A stretch of 32,000 nucleotides of DNA from Nitrosospira multiformis ATCC 25196 (GCF_000196355.1 NC_007614.1:840001-872000), one strand, 5' to 3'; numbered from the stretch's first letter, positions 8,727 through 18,103 are shown. Notes: generated by a model from the sequence alone, not told the origin. Numbers and translations are program-made.

Positions 8727-9380
8727 ATGGCAGCTTCGAAAGCACAGGTAATGCTGGTGGACGATCATGCCATGTTGCGGCACGGCATGGCAATGCTTAT
8801 CAATCTTGAGCCAGATATGGAGGTATTTGCAGAGGCCGGTGACGGCGACGAAGCGCTCGCCACGCTCAAGGCAGGACATCATGCCGATATCGTTTTAATG
8901 GATGTATCCCTCAAGACTCTCTCCGGTTTTGAGGTCATAAAAAGCATACACACCCTGCTCCCCGCACTACCCGTACTCGTCGTCTCCATGCACGATGAAG
9001 GCGTGTATGCGGAACGCGCTTTGCGGGCCGGGGCGCGCGGCTACGTGATGAAGCAGGAGCCGGGTGAAGTGCTGGTAACCGCTATCCACGAGGTATTAAA
9101 GGGAAATATTTATTTGAGCAAGCCCATGCATGCCAAGCTGTTGAATCGGGTCGCAGGCGGAAATTCGGAGCCAGAGCCTTTGATTAACAGCCTGACCCCC
9201 AGTGAGTTTGAGGTACTGCATTTGATCGGATCCGGACATAGCAGTCAGGAAATCGCCAAATTGCTTAGCCGCAGTATTAAAACTATCGAAACGCACCGCT
9301 TCAACATTCGTACCAAATTGAACTTGAAAGACGGCGCCGATTTGATACGTTATGCCACCCACTGGAGCGAAGCCCAATAG
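8727..9380 (+). CDS. Response regulator, NarL/FixJ family (REC domain plus LuxR-type HTH)
   Basis: The REC domain is present (VMLVDDHAMLRHG ... DIVLMDVSL ... VVSMH). The C-terminal HTH reads LTPSEFEVLHLIGSGHSSQEIAKLLSRSIKTIETHRFNIRTKL. An AGGAG site lies 9 nt upstream of the ATG, and the gene begins 12 nt after the kinase stop. Confidence 0.92.
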   Translation: MAASKAQVMLVDDHAMLRHGMAMLINLEPDMEVFAEAGDGDEALATLKAGHHADIVLMDVSLKTLSGFEVIKSIHTLLPALPVLVVSMHDEGVYAERALRAGARGYVMKQEPGEVLVTAIHEVLKGNIYLSKPMHAKLLNRVAGGNSEPEPLINSLTPSEFEVLHLIGSGHSSQEIAKLLSRSIKTIETHRFNIRTKLNLKDGADLIRYATHWSEAQ

Positions 9381-9547
9381 CGGCATTGACAGGGCGTTTT
9401 AGGGGGCGGGGGACTTACCGGACTTTCGCCATATAAACTTGCATAAGGGTTTCCCTTAGTAAAAAACCAGGGTTTCCCCAATATACTCAATAGTATGGAC
9501 TGAGTTAGGATGAAGCTGCTTTCATTCTGTTTGGGTTCATTACTATC

Positions 9548-10006
9548 ATGAAAACAAAATCAGGAACAGCTGCTGCGATCTTGTCTGCGATTGCTCTATT
9601 GGCTTCCTGCGCGCAAATGAGTCCTCTCGAAGCGCAGAATGATGATATTCACAAGGCTGAAAAGAATGCGAGAACCTATATCGACCACGACAAGCTGGCG
9701 AAGCAATATCGAAATACCGCAAAAGAAATGCTGATAAAGGCAGAGGATCAAAAGAAACTGCTTCGGCATTACGAAGAAAAAAGCTATCTTTATGGTAGGC
9801 AGGCGCAAGATAAGCAATCGCATACTTCAGCTTTATTGCATAAATACGAGCGGGCCGCGGAGGAAACTTTAAAACAGGCTGCCTTTCATCAGAGAATGGC
9901 ATCGGAACTTGCCCACCGCGATCATTCCACCTCAGCGGAAACACCTCCCGAGCGAAGCTACGAGAATAACGCTGGAATCGGATCAGACTCCAAAGACCAG
10001 ATCTGA
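9548..10006 (+). CDS. Small predicted lipoprotein, function unknown (helical, K/E/Q/A-rich)
   Basis: It has a signal peptide plus lipobox (AIALLASCAQ). It is lower in GC than its surroundings. No obvious Shine-Dalgarno site. A 13-codon upstream ORF (9510-9551, MKLLSFCLGSLLS*) ends in an ATGA overlap with its start. Confidence 0.6.
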   Translation: MKTKSGTAAAILSAIALLASCAQMSPLEAQNDDIHKAEKNARTYIDHDKLAKQYRNTAKEMLIKAEDQKKLLRHYEEKSYLYGRQAQDKQSHTSALLHKYERAAEETLKQAAFHQRMASELAHRDHSTSAETPPERSYENNAGIGSDSKDQI

Positions 10007-10275
10007 AGTCGCAGCAATGTCCTGAAGTGGCGTGGAATGGACCCGTTTTTCAACCCGCAGCAGATAGGATATGACACCTATCCCGGGATGGGGGGGTGCC
10101 TGAATGGGGATTGCCTGCATAGGGCGAGCGTTCCAGTGTAATGGTTTATAGCAGTGCAACATTTGCCTTGCCCGCCCGCCAGAAATAATATCGGTATCGA
10201 GAACCCACATCAGCTCAAAATTCCTCGACAAGGAAAAGCGTTACTGCGCTGGCGCCGGCCGGAAACAGGGCTTGG

Positions 10276-11349
10276 TCATGGTACAGCCTGGCTGAAGGCC
10301 ACCACATGCTCCGCTTCCAGCCTGATTCCTATTTTTTCCCCTATCGCATGATTATGATGGCTTGGAACGAGCGACAGGGCGGTACTGCCGCCCGGTAGTT
10401 GCAGCGTATACAGGATGTCGGCGCCCCGGAATGCTTTTTGCATAACCTTGGCTTGTACGGGGCTGGCATCATCATGCACGATGTCATCCGGGCGGATCAG
10501 CACATCCACCGTGTTTCCCTTCTGGCATAGCTGACAGTCCGGTGCGCATTGATGCGGTATGTCCCCCGCCAGCGTGCCCAGTTCGATTTCCACCTGCTGC
10601 TGGTCAAGCATTTTTCCAGGAAGGAAAACGCCTTCTCCAATGAAATTGGCAACGAATCGATTGGCGGGTTTGTGGTAGAGATTGTAGGCCGTATCCCACT
10701 GCTGGATTTCACCGTGGTGCATCACGCCAATCTCATCCGCTATGGCAAACGCTTCATCCTGATCGTGGGTTACCAGAATAGCCGTGGCATTCTGGCTTTT
10801 GAGGATGTCCCGCACTTCCAGGCTCAGGCGACCGCGCAAACTGACATCCAGATTCGAGAAGGGTTCGTCCAGCAGTAGCAATTCCGGACGGGGCGCCAAA
10901 GCGCGGGCCAGCGCTACCCGCTGCTGCTGCCCTCCCGAGAGCTGGTGGGGGTATTTTTTTGCGGAATCAGCAAGGCCTACGGTTTGAAGCATCTCGGCGA
11001 TGCGTGCAGAACGTTCGTCTTTTTGCATGCTATGCAGGCCAAAGCCGATATTGTCCGTGACGGACAGATGGGGAAATAGCGCATAGTCCTGAAATACCAT
11101 TCCGATATGACGCCTTTCGGGGGGAATCATGACGCTACTGCTGCTGATCACAGCCCCATTGAGCAGGATTTCCCCGGCAGAAACGGGCTCAAAACCCGCA
11201 ATGCATCTCAGCACCGTAGTCTTGCCGCAACCGCTCGGGCCCAGCAGGCATCCGATGGCTCCTTTCCCGAGGGTGAATGACAGGTCGTTCACCACCCTTT
11301 GCTGCCCGTAGGCATGGCGGATATAGCGTAGCTCAAGCAGTGTTTCCAT
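10276..11349 (-). CDS. ABC transporter ATP-binding protein, Fe3+/polyamine importer type (FbpC/PotA-like)
   Basis: Walker A GPSGCGKTT, signature LSGGQQQRVALARAL and Walker B LLLLDEPFSNLD are present, followed by a C-terminal TOBE-like region. I place the start at the ATG at 11349 (METLLELRY...). The longer ORF-track version (to 11634) overlaps the permease gene. Confidence 0.9.
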   Translation of the reverse strand: METLLELRYIRHAYGQQRVVNDLSFTLGKGAIGCLLGPSGCGKTTVLRCIAGFEPVSAGEILLNGAVISSSSVMIPPERRHIGMVFQDYALFPHLSVTDNIGFGLHSMQKDERSARIAEMLQTVGLADSAKKYPHQLSGGQQQRVALARALAPRPELLLLDEPFSNLDVSLRGRLSLEVRDILKSQNATAILVTHDQDEAFAIADEIGVMHHGEIQQWDTAYNLYHKPANRFVANFIGEGVFLPGKMLDQQQVEIELGTLAGDIPHQCAPDCQLCQKGNTVDVLIRPDDIVHDDASPVQAKVMQKAFRGADILYTLQLPGGSTALSLVPSHHNHAIGEKIGIRLEAEHVVAFSQAVP

Positions 11350-11375
11350 GATGCGCTCCGACCTATTTTTGCGAA

Positions 11376-13079
11376 CTATTTTTCGCTTTGCCGCATGAAA
11401 AATATCAGTGGTAGCAGACCTGCCAGCACCAGCGCCACCGCAGGCAGGGCGGCCTGCTCCCATTCGCCTTCGGAAGTCATCTCGAAAATTCTTACTGCCA
11501 GGGTATCCCATCCAAAAGGCCGGGTCATCAGCGTGATCGGCATTTCTTTCATCACATCCACAAACACAAGGGTTGCGGCGGTAAATATTCCACTCCTCAG
11601 CATCGGCAAATGGATGCGGCGCAACATCGACCATCCACTCAAGCCGAGACCCATGGCAGCCTCATCGATGCTGCTGGTGATACGCTGCATGGCGCTGTCT
11701 ATAGGACTGTAGCTTACCGCGAGAAAGCGGGTCATATAGGCGATCAGCATGATGGCGAGCGTGCCCTGAATAAGCAGCCCGGTTTCCATGTGAAATAGCT
11801 GCATGGCTATTTCGCTCAATTGGTTGTCGAGCCAGGCTATCGGGATGAAAATTCCCACTGCCAGAACAGTTCCGGGCAAGGCATAGCCAAGGGTGGAAAT
11901 GCGCACTGCCGCACGTGTGGCGCGGCTGGGATGGCGGCGCGCAGCATAAACCATGAGCAGGGCGACCGAGCAGGTGAGCAGGACTGCAAAACCGGACAGC
12001 AGGAGCGAATGCCAGAGGAATTCCAGATATCTCTGGTCAAAATCACGCGCAAAAACGTGCGTTGTCCATACAGCAAGCTGCGCGACTGGCAGCAGGAACG
12101 CAAGAAACAGTGTGATCGAGGCAAAACCTGTGACTCCCCACTTTTGCCAACCAGAAAGCGCGATGAGGTGAACCCTCGCACTCTGCCGGATTTCCGCGTA
12201 GCGCATCCGGGAGCGGAACTGTTGCTCAAGGATGATCATGGCAAAGATAATCACAATAAGCAGTGACGCGAGTTGAGAGGCGGCGGGGAGGGAAAACATG
12301 GCAAACCAGGCTTTATAAATGGCGGTTGTAAAGGTATCGTAATTGAAGACCGCTACCGTGCCGAAGTCTGCGAGGGTTTCCATCAAAGCCAGCATGGCGC
12401 CGCCGGCGATCCACGGCCGCGCCATGGGAAGCGCCACTTTTAAAAAACCTTGAGTACGCCCGAGTCCCAGCGATTGCGCCGCTTCCAGCGAGCGTTTGCC
12501 TTGGGTGAGGAAGGCATTGCGCGCCAGCAGATAGACATAGGGATAAAATGCCAGAATCATGACGAGGATGACACCCGTCCTGCTGCGCACATTTGGGAAC
12601 CAGAAGAGGTCAGGACCGAACCACTCGCGCAACGCTGTCTGGACAGGACCGATATAGTCGAAGAGGCCCAGTGCGACGAATGCGGTCACGTACGCGGGCA
12701 TGGCAAATGGGAGCAGCAGCGCCCACGAAAAGAATCGCCGCCCGGGAAATTCGCATACGGCGGTAAACCACGCCAGGCTCACGCCCAACAGCGTAACGCC
12801 GGCAAGTACGCCCAGGGCAAGCCAGAATGTATTGACCAACAGGTCAGGCAGGGTGGTTTCTGCCAAATGCTGCCAGACTTCGCCAGTCGGGGTAAAAAGC
12901 GAAGAAACGACTGTGCCGACAGGTATCAGCACGAGCGCGGCGACCAGAAGGGGTATCAGGCGCCAGCCATGCGAAGCGTGACGGTTCGAGGTGGGAAAGC
13001 TGAAAAACCACTTTCTTGTGCCTTGACTATCCGTCGTCTCCGTTCCCGTCCCGGGCCCGCTAAGCGCTTCTACCTCCAC
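11376..13079 (-). CDS. Iron(III) ABC transporter permease with duplicated 6-TM domains (FbpB-like)
   Basis: 567 aa and highly hydrophobic, with two halves each carrying an EAA-type loop (SLEAAQSLGLGRTQGFLKVALPMARP and SIDEAAMGLGLSGWSMLRRIHLPMLRS). GTG start, 22 nt downstream of the binding-protein gene. Confidence 0.9.
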   Translation of the reverse strand: MEVEALSGPGTGTETTDSQGTRKWFFSFPTSNRHASHGWRLIPLLVAALVLIPVGTVVSSLFTPTGEVWQHLAETTLPDLLVNTFWLALGVLAGVTLLGVSLAWFTAVCEFPGRRFFSWALLLPFAMPAYVTAFVALGLFDYIGPVQTALREWFGPDLFWFPNVRSRTGVILVMILAFYPYVYLLARNAFLTQGKRSLEAAQSLGLGRTQGFLKVALPMARPWIAGGAMLALMETLADFGTVAVFNYDTFTTAIYKAWFAMFSLPAASQLASLLIVIIFAMIILEQQFRSRMRYAEIRQSARVHLIALSGWQKWGVTGFASITLFLAFLLPVAQLAVWTTHVFARDFDQRYLEFLWHSLLLSGFAVLLTCSVALLMVYAARRHPSRATRAAVRISTLGYALPGTVLAVGIFIPIAWLDNQLSEIAMQLFHMETGLLIQGTLAIMLIAYMTRFLAVSYSPIDSAMQRITSSIDEAAMGLGLSGWSMLRRIHLPMLRSGIFTAATLVFVDVMKEMPITLMTRPFGWDTLAVRIFEMTSEGEWEQAALPAVALVLAGLLPLIFFMRQSEK

Positions 13080-13101
13080 TCGACCATCACCCGGTTATAT
13101 C

Positions 13102-14115
13102 TTACTTGTAGCCGGCGCGATCCATCAGTTTTACCGCTTCCGCTTGCAGTTCTCCGGCTTTATTCACATTTATCGTATTCTGTTTGAAACTGCCCCACGC
13201 GGCTACGGCAGGATCGGTTTTGACCTTGGAGTTCACCGGATACTCCATGTTTACGTCGGCAAACAGATTCTGCGCTTTTTCCGAGGATAGAAATTCGATC
13301 AGCTTGATCGCGGCTTGAGGGTGATGCGCATATTTTGTCACGCCTGCACCCGAAATATTTACATGGACGCCACTGTTGTCCTGGTTCGGCCAGAAAATCG
13401 CAAGCGGTAGTTTCGGGTCCTTTTTCATCAGGCGCCCGTAATAATAAGTATTGACAATAGTGACGTCACATTTCCCTGCAGCAACGTATTCCATAGCCTT
13501 GGTATCATCCGAAAGAGGATCGGTTGCAAGATTGGTAATCCAGCCCTTTACGATCTGCTCGGTTTTCGGTTCTCCATGCTCGGCAATCATCATTGCCACC
13601 AGAGACTGGTTGTATACTTTCTTGGAAGTGCGTATGCACAGGCGGTTCTTCCACTTGGGATCTGCCAGCGCTTCATAGGTTGAAAGATCGGAGGGTTTTA
13701 CCTTGTTGGTGTTGTAAACGATGGTACGGGCGCGTATCGATAAGCCGAACCACCGCTTCAAAGGATCTCGGAGATGAGCGGGAACATTCGTTTCGAGTAT
13801 TTCTGACTCCACCGGGCGGAGCAATCCCTCTCGCGCCGCCTCCCACAAGTTGCCGGCATCGGTGGTGAGCAGTACGTCAGCCGGAGTGTTTTTGCCTTCT
13901 GCCTTAAGGCGCGCGAGCAAGGGGCCTTCCTTATCGGTGACGAATTTGACAGCAACGCCGCTATCCTTGGTGAAAGCATCGAACATGGGTTTGATGAGCT
14001 GCTCTATGCGGGCCGAATAGACGACGACGTCCTCCGCCCCGGATGCATCTGCGGTAAATAGCGTGACACAGCATATCATTGCGGTAAGATAACGATTGAG
14101 GCGCGCACTGGGCAT
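13102..14115 (-). CDS. Periplasmic Fe3+ ABC transporter substrate-binding protein (FbpA/AfuA-like)
   Basis: The start is placed at the ATG at 14115 (MPSARLNRYLTAMICCVTLFTADASGAEDVVVYSA...), with a GGAG site 8 nt upstream. It has a signal peptide and is first in the binding protein-permease-ATPase operon. A Fur box lies upstream. Confidence 0.9.
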   Translation of the reverse strand: MPSARLNRYLTAMICCVTLFTADASGAEDVVVYSARIEQLIKPMFDAFTKDSGVAVKFVTDKEGPLLARLKAEGKNTPADVLLTTDAGNLWEAAREGLLRPVESEILETNVPAHLRDPLKRWFGLSIRARTIVYNTNKVKPSDLSTYEALADPKWKNRLCIRTSKKVYNQSLVAMMIAEHGEPKTEQIVKGWITNLATDPLSDDTKAMEYVAAGKCDVTIVNTYYYGRLMKKDPKLPLAIFWPNQDNSGVHVNISGAGVTKYAHHPQAAIKLIEFLSSEKAQNLFADVNMEYPVNSKVKTDPAVAAWGSFKQNTINVNKAGELQAEAVKLMDRAGYK

Positions 14116-14154
14116 TTGATTTACTCCGGATATAAAGGCAGAAAGGCTAATATT

Positions 14155-14173
14155 ATAAATGATAATAATTATC
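14155..14173. promoter_or_regulatory. Fur box overlapping the promoter of the iron ABC operon
   Basis: ATAAATGATAATAATTATC matches the 19-bp Fur consensus GATAATGATAATCATTATC at 15 of 19 positions. It lies 40-58 bp upstream of the binding-protein ATG. On the minus strand it sits immediately upstream of a perfect TATAAT (14152-14157), within the -35/-10 spacer. Confidence 0.6.
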
Positions 14174-14197
14174 AGCAAAGCGGCACGTTAATATATC

Positions 14198-14476
14198 ATG
14201 GATGAGCCAGAACAAGTTCTTCCGTATCAGCGTTTGCAGCAGCTCCTTGCGATACCGGAGAGGCAGCGTACCGAAGCCCAATGGGATGAGATCAACGAAC
14301 TCGAAATCGCGCTTACGCCGGTAAACCGGTCCACCACGCCGGATCGGAATATCCGCCGTAAAGGTGCCGTACAAGGTGCCGCACCTCCAGAACAACCCAG
14401 ATCCCGGGATGGTACGCCAGGGCGAAGGCCCCTGAAGAAACTTCGCAAGCGGCCTCCCAAAGCAGGCGGATCATGA
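14198..14476 (+). CDS. Hypothetical small protein (acidic helical N-terminus, Pro/Arg/Lys-rich tail)
   Basis: 92-aa ORF (MDEPEQVLPYQRLQQLLAIPERQRTEAQWDEINELEIALTPVNR...) divergent from the iron operon. Its ATG lies 25 nt from the Fur box. There is no clear Shine-Dalgarno site, and overlapping antisense ORFs exist, so coding status is uncertain. Confidence 0.4.
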   Translation: MDEPEQVLPYQRLQQLLAIPERQRTEAQWDEINELEIALTPVNRSTTPDRNIRRKGAVQGAAPPEQPRSRDGTPGRRPLKKLRKRPPKAGGS

Positions 14477-14568
14477 GCGGTATCTCCCGTGGGGACTGGA
14501 GATGCGCTACTGCTGCGATGGAAGCGTCGTGACTCTTTAACGGTTCCCTAATTCTGAACAGGAGAAAT

Positions 14569-14889
14569 ATGCAACTCACTACAACACCGGGCATCGATGG
14601 GAAGCGTATTACCCGATATTGCGGGGTGGTGGCAGGCGAAGCAGTTCTGGGCGCCAATATATTCAAGGACCTCTTCGCGGGAATCCGCGATCTGGTGGGT
14701 GGACGTTCCGGCACCTACGAGAAAGAGTTGCAGCGCGCGCGGGACATTGCGCTCGAGGAACTGCAGCAGCGTGCGCACGACCTTGGAGCGAATGCAGTAG
14801 TGGGCATCGACATCGACTACGAGGTACTGGGAAAAGAAAATGGCATGCTCATGGTTTCGGCAAGCGGCACGGCTGTAATCGTCGAATAA
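14569..14889 (+). CDS. ybjQ: YbjQ/UPF0145 family protein
   Basis: 106 aa with the typical family sequence ([51 protein letters not shown]...[13 protein letters not shown]). An AGGAG site lies upstream. Confidence 0.9.
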   Translation: MQLTTTPGIDGKRITRYCGVVAGEAVLGANIFKDLFAGIRDLVGGRSGTYEKELQRARDIALEELQQRAHDLGANAVVGIDIDYEVLGKENGMLMVSASGTAVIVE

Positions 14890-14944
14890 CCGGAGCGCGG
14901 GAGCTTATGGCGGCCAGACGAGTAATCAATCCGGCAGGAATGCC

Positions 14945-15646
14945 CTACCACGGCACCGGCTTGCCGTCGTACTCAATGAACCTGCCGGAATCCTTAAGAG
15001 TGAGGCGATCGATTACCTGCCGCATGCCGGAGACGCTTTGAACAGGGGAGATCAAGGCATTCGGTCCTCCCATGTCTGTTTTCACCCATCCCGGATGCAG
15101 TACCACCGCAATTACTCGCGCCTGTTTCAGATCAATCGAAAGCGATTTGACCACCATGTTCACCGCCGCCTTGCTGGATCGGTACATATAGCTTCCCCCG
15201 CCATCATTGTCCTCGATACTGCCCATTTTACTGCTGATGGTCACAATCTTTTTCTGATCGCTCCGGGCGATCTGTGAGGTAAATGTCTGGGCCATCTTGA
15301 GTGTCGCCATGGTATTGACCAGAAACGTGCGCATCCAGGCTTCGTAATCCTCGCTCCTGAATATTCCCGAACGATGCGCCTCCGCATAGATGCCGGCATT
15401 ATTGAGAAGCAGATCGATGGATTCGCCGGAAAGAGACTGTCCCAGTTCGTCGATTCGCCGGTGGTCGGCAACATCAAGCGTATGTATCTTTGTCTGCTCC
15501 GGCTGCTGGTTTGCCAGCGTTTGAAGTTCTCCTGCTTTCTCGGGATGGCGCGCGCAGGCAAGAACACGCCAGCCTTCCGCTGCGTATTGACGGACGAATT
15601 CAAGTCCAATCCCACGGTTTGCGCCGGTGATCAGTACAGTTTTCAT
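14945..15646 (-). CDS. Short-chain dehydrogenase/reductase (CsgA/C-factor-like SDR)
   Basis: Cofactor motif TGANRGIG, then NNAG, and catalytic YRSSK. A GAGGAG site lies upstream of the ATG at 15646. Confidence 0.85.
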   Translation of the reverse strand: MKTVLITGANRGIGLEFVRQYAAEGWRVLACARHPEKAGELQTLANQQPEQTKIHTLDVADHRRIDELGQSLSGESIDLLLNNAGIYAEAHRSGIFRSEDYEAWMRTFLVNTMATLKMAQTFTSQIARSDQKKIVTISSKMGSIEDNDGGGSYMYRSSKAAVNMVVKSLSIDLKQARVIAVVLHPGWVKTDMGGPNALISPVQSVSGMRQVIDRLTLKDSGRFIEYDGKPVPW

Positions 15647-15886
15647 AATCTTCTCCTCATGGAATATACGGATCAGGTATTCGGGAGAAACCAGCTCGCG
15701 GTGTGGCAGGTACTATAAAGAAGTATCGGAGGATGAATTTCACTGCATTGGCAACCCACATTGTGGTTCGGGCAGGGAAACCCGAGACCTGTCGTGTGAC
15801 AAGACCAGGATTGCCGGGCGACCCATGTGCCTGACTCATTATGTATAGAAAGCCCAAGGAATGGCAACCCTAAAAGGAAGAAACAT

Positions 15887-16705
15887 ATGGCGGACAACAT
15901 CGCGTTGGTAACTGGTGCCTCCAGTGGTATCGGCAGGGCAACAGCAGAACTTCTTGCCCAGAACGGATATTATGTATTCGCCCTCGCCCGCCGCATGCAC
16001 AGGCTGGAACAGATACGCTCCAGCCATATCGAGCCCATCTGCCTGGATGTGACCGATGACGAAGCTGTCCGCCACGCGGTAGCCCGCATCATATCGACCC
16101 GCGGGCGAATCGATGTGCTGGTGAATAACGCCGGGATCTGTCAGCCGGGGGCCGTCGAATGTGTTCCGCTCGAAACCGCTCATCGGCAGCTCGAAGTCAA
16201 TCTTTTTGGTTATGCGAGATTCATGCAGGCGGTGCTTCCGCATATGAGGGAGCAGCGATCGGGGTGTATCATCAATATTGTTTCCGCGCTGAGCAGGATT
16301 TCGGTTCCCGGTTTCGGTTGGTATTCGGCCTCGAAGTATGCCATCGAAGCTTTGACTGACGCGGTGCGAGGGGAAGTGATGGAGTTTGGCATCAAGGTCG
16401 TGCTGATCGCCCCCGGGTTGATAAAGACTGAGTTTGTACCTAACCAGTTGAGGGCGATGGAGAGAATTCCCCACCCTGCAGCCTATGAAAAACTTCTTGC
16501 GGGCGTACACAATCTGGTGGCGAGAGAACCCGAAGCTCCCGGCCCGGAAATCATTGCAAAAGCAGTATTGAGCGCGGTGAAGGTGTCCAGGTCTCCCGTC
16601 CGTCATGCGCTGCCTCTCGATTCCAAAATGTCGGTTATGGCGAGATGGCTGCTTGGGGGGCGCGTTTTCGCTTGGGCGATTCGGCTCCGGATGAAATTTT
16701 CCTGA
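15887..16705 (+). CDS. Short-chain dehydrogenase/reductase (classical SDR)
   Basis: The start is placed at the ATG at 15887 (MADNIALVTGASSGIGRATAE), after AAGGAAG. Motifs are TGASSGIG, NNAG and YSASK. The ORF-track start at 15827 adds an implausible leader. Confidence 0.85.
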   Translation: MADNIALVTGASSGIGRATAELLAQNGYYVFALARRMHRLEQIRSSHIEPICLDVTDDEAVRHAVARIISTRGRIDVLVNNAGICQPGAVECVPLETAHRQLEVNLFGYARFMQAVLPHMREQRSGCIINIVSALSRISVPGFGWYSASKYAIEALTDAVRGEVMEFGIKVVLIAPGLIKTEFVPNQLRAMERIPHPAAYEKLLAGVHNLVAREPEAPGPEIIAKAVLSAVKVSRSPVRHALPLDSKMSVMARWLLGGRVFAWAIRLRMKFS

Positions 16706-16735
16706 CGGTAGCGACTTTCTTGGATATTTTTGAGG

Positions 16736-17020
16736 TCAGAAAATCCCTACTGCTGTCTTCTGCCAAGGCAAAGAGAAGGTTTCCCTAATAAGCATCGGTT
16801 CAATCTGGCAAGCGCTTCCGCTTCGACCTTTGATCCATGCTTCTTTGCATTCGTCATAGGCGTGCGAGTCGTAAGGGTGCAGGCTCCGGCAGCGGGTTTT
16901 CTCCTGCTCATGGACAATGGCAATGCCGGGATTCTCGCGAGGATAGTCACGAAACGAGAGATGTCGTGCGAGCGCGGCAAACAGCTTCAGAATAAATCTT
17001 CTGATCTCTTTATACGACGG
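16736..17020 (-). pseudogene. 94-codon open frame with no ATG/GTG/TTG start until codon 77, in frame with and 4 codons after the perM stop (possible gene remnant or unconventional start)
   Basis: My own translation is [94 protein letters not shown]. The composition looks protein-like. It is absent from the ORF track because it has no early start codon. Confidence 0.25.
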
Positions 17021-17032
17021 CTATTTTGCGCG

Positions 17033-18103
17033 TCAATCCTTTCTTTCGATCCTGGGAGTATCCATCGCTGCGGCGAAGAGGTCCCAAGCGGACATGAACA
17101 AGGCTGCGATAACTGGCCCGATCACAAAGCCATTGAGGCCGAACAGGACCAGTCCCCCGAGTGTCGAGATGAGCACCACGTAATCCGGCATCTTCGTATC
17201 TCGTCCCACCAGGACGGGGCGCAAGAGATTGTCAACCAATCCGATTACGAACACGCCGAACGCGATGAGAACGGTACCCTGCCAGACAGCGCCAGTAAAG
17301 AGGAAGTAGATCGCCACCGGGATCCAGATGAGACCGGCACCGACTGCCGGTATCAGGGAAAGAAACGCCATCATGAAGCCCCACAGCAAGGCCCCTTGAA
17401 TGCCGAGAAAATAAAATACCACACCTCCCAGCGCACCCTGAATGGCGGCAACGGCGACGTTGCCCTTGACGGTTGCGCGAATGACCGTAGTGAATTTGCT
17501 GGACAAGTGACGTTTGTGTTCCATGGTAAGGGGCATGGCCTGCTTGATCTTGGCCGCCAGATTATCGCCGTCGCGCAGCAGAAAAAAGAGCAGGTACAAC
17601 ATGATGCCGAAGCTCACCAGAAATTCGAAAGCGTTCTGCCCGAGGCTGAGAGCGTGCGTAGCAACGAACTGGCTGCCGCGCAGGACGCCGCTTGAGAGCA
17701 TGTCCTGCAACTCGGCCATATTGGTGAGCCCTGAACGGTCGAGCAGGTTGACCAGCCACGGCGGCGAGGCACTCGCAATCTGCTGGAAATACATGCCAAA
17801 ATTCAATTCCCCCGAGCGGATCTTTTGATAAACGATGGTTCCTTCCTGCAGCAGTGAAATTGTCATCAGGGTGACTGGAAGAATCACGATGACCAGAATG
17901 AGCAGCAATGTGGTGAACGCGGCGAGATTGCGGTGCTGTCCCAAGGCAGCCTGCAACTTGCGATGAAACGGTGTAAATATGATGGCAAGAACTGCCGCCC
18001 AGAACACCGTGCCATAAAAAGGCAGCAGTATCCAGATGAATGCCACGGAGACGGCAATCAACATTAGTAAAAAGGCCTTTTGCCGCAACTCGGGGGAGTT
18101 CAT
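17033..18103 (-). CDS. AI-2E family transporter (PerM/YhhT, UPF0118)
   Basis: 356 aa with about 8 hydrophobic helices. The family-typical C-terminal half reads AAIQGALGGVVFYFLGIQGALLWGFMMAFLSLIPAVGAGLIWIPVAIYF ... DNLLRPVLVG. Confidence 0.9.
   Translation of the reverse strand: MNSPELRQKAFLLMLIAVSVAFIWILLPFYGTVFWAAVLAIIFTPFHRKLQAALGQHRNLAAFTTLLLILVIVILPVTLMTISLLQEGTIVYQKIRSGELNFGMYFQQIASASPPWLVNLLDRSGLTNMAELQDMLSSGVLRGSQFVATHALSLGQNAFEFLVSFGIMLYLLFFLLRDGDNLAAKIKQAMPLTMEHKRHLSSKFTTVIRATVKGNVAVAAIQGALGGVVFYFLGIQGALLWGFMMAFLSLIPAVGAGLIWIPVAIYFLFTGAVWQGTVLIAFGVFVIGLVDNLLRPVLVGRDTKMPDYVVLISTLGGLVLFGLNGFVIGPVIAALFMSAWDLFAAAMDTPRIERKD

Noticed and set aside
9983-10231. 82-aa minus-strand ORF between the lipoprotein gene and the ABC ATPase gene
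   Set aside because: It has no Shine-Dalgarno site and an odd composition, and I recognise no motif. It is probably non-coding spacer.
11350-11634. N-terminal 95-aa extension of the ABC ATPase ORF
   Set aside because: It overlaps the 3' end of the permease gene and its sequence is not protein-like. The conserved ATPase begins at METLLELRY, 26 nt after the permease stop.
16730-17695. 321-aa plus-strand ORF
   Set aside because: It lies antisense to the AI-2E/PerM transporter gene, which has a clear family sequence. The translation is low-complexity (Arg/His/Gln/Asp-rich), as expected of a shadow frame.
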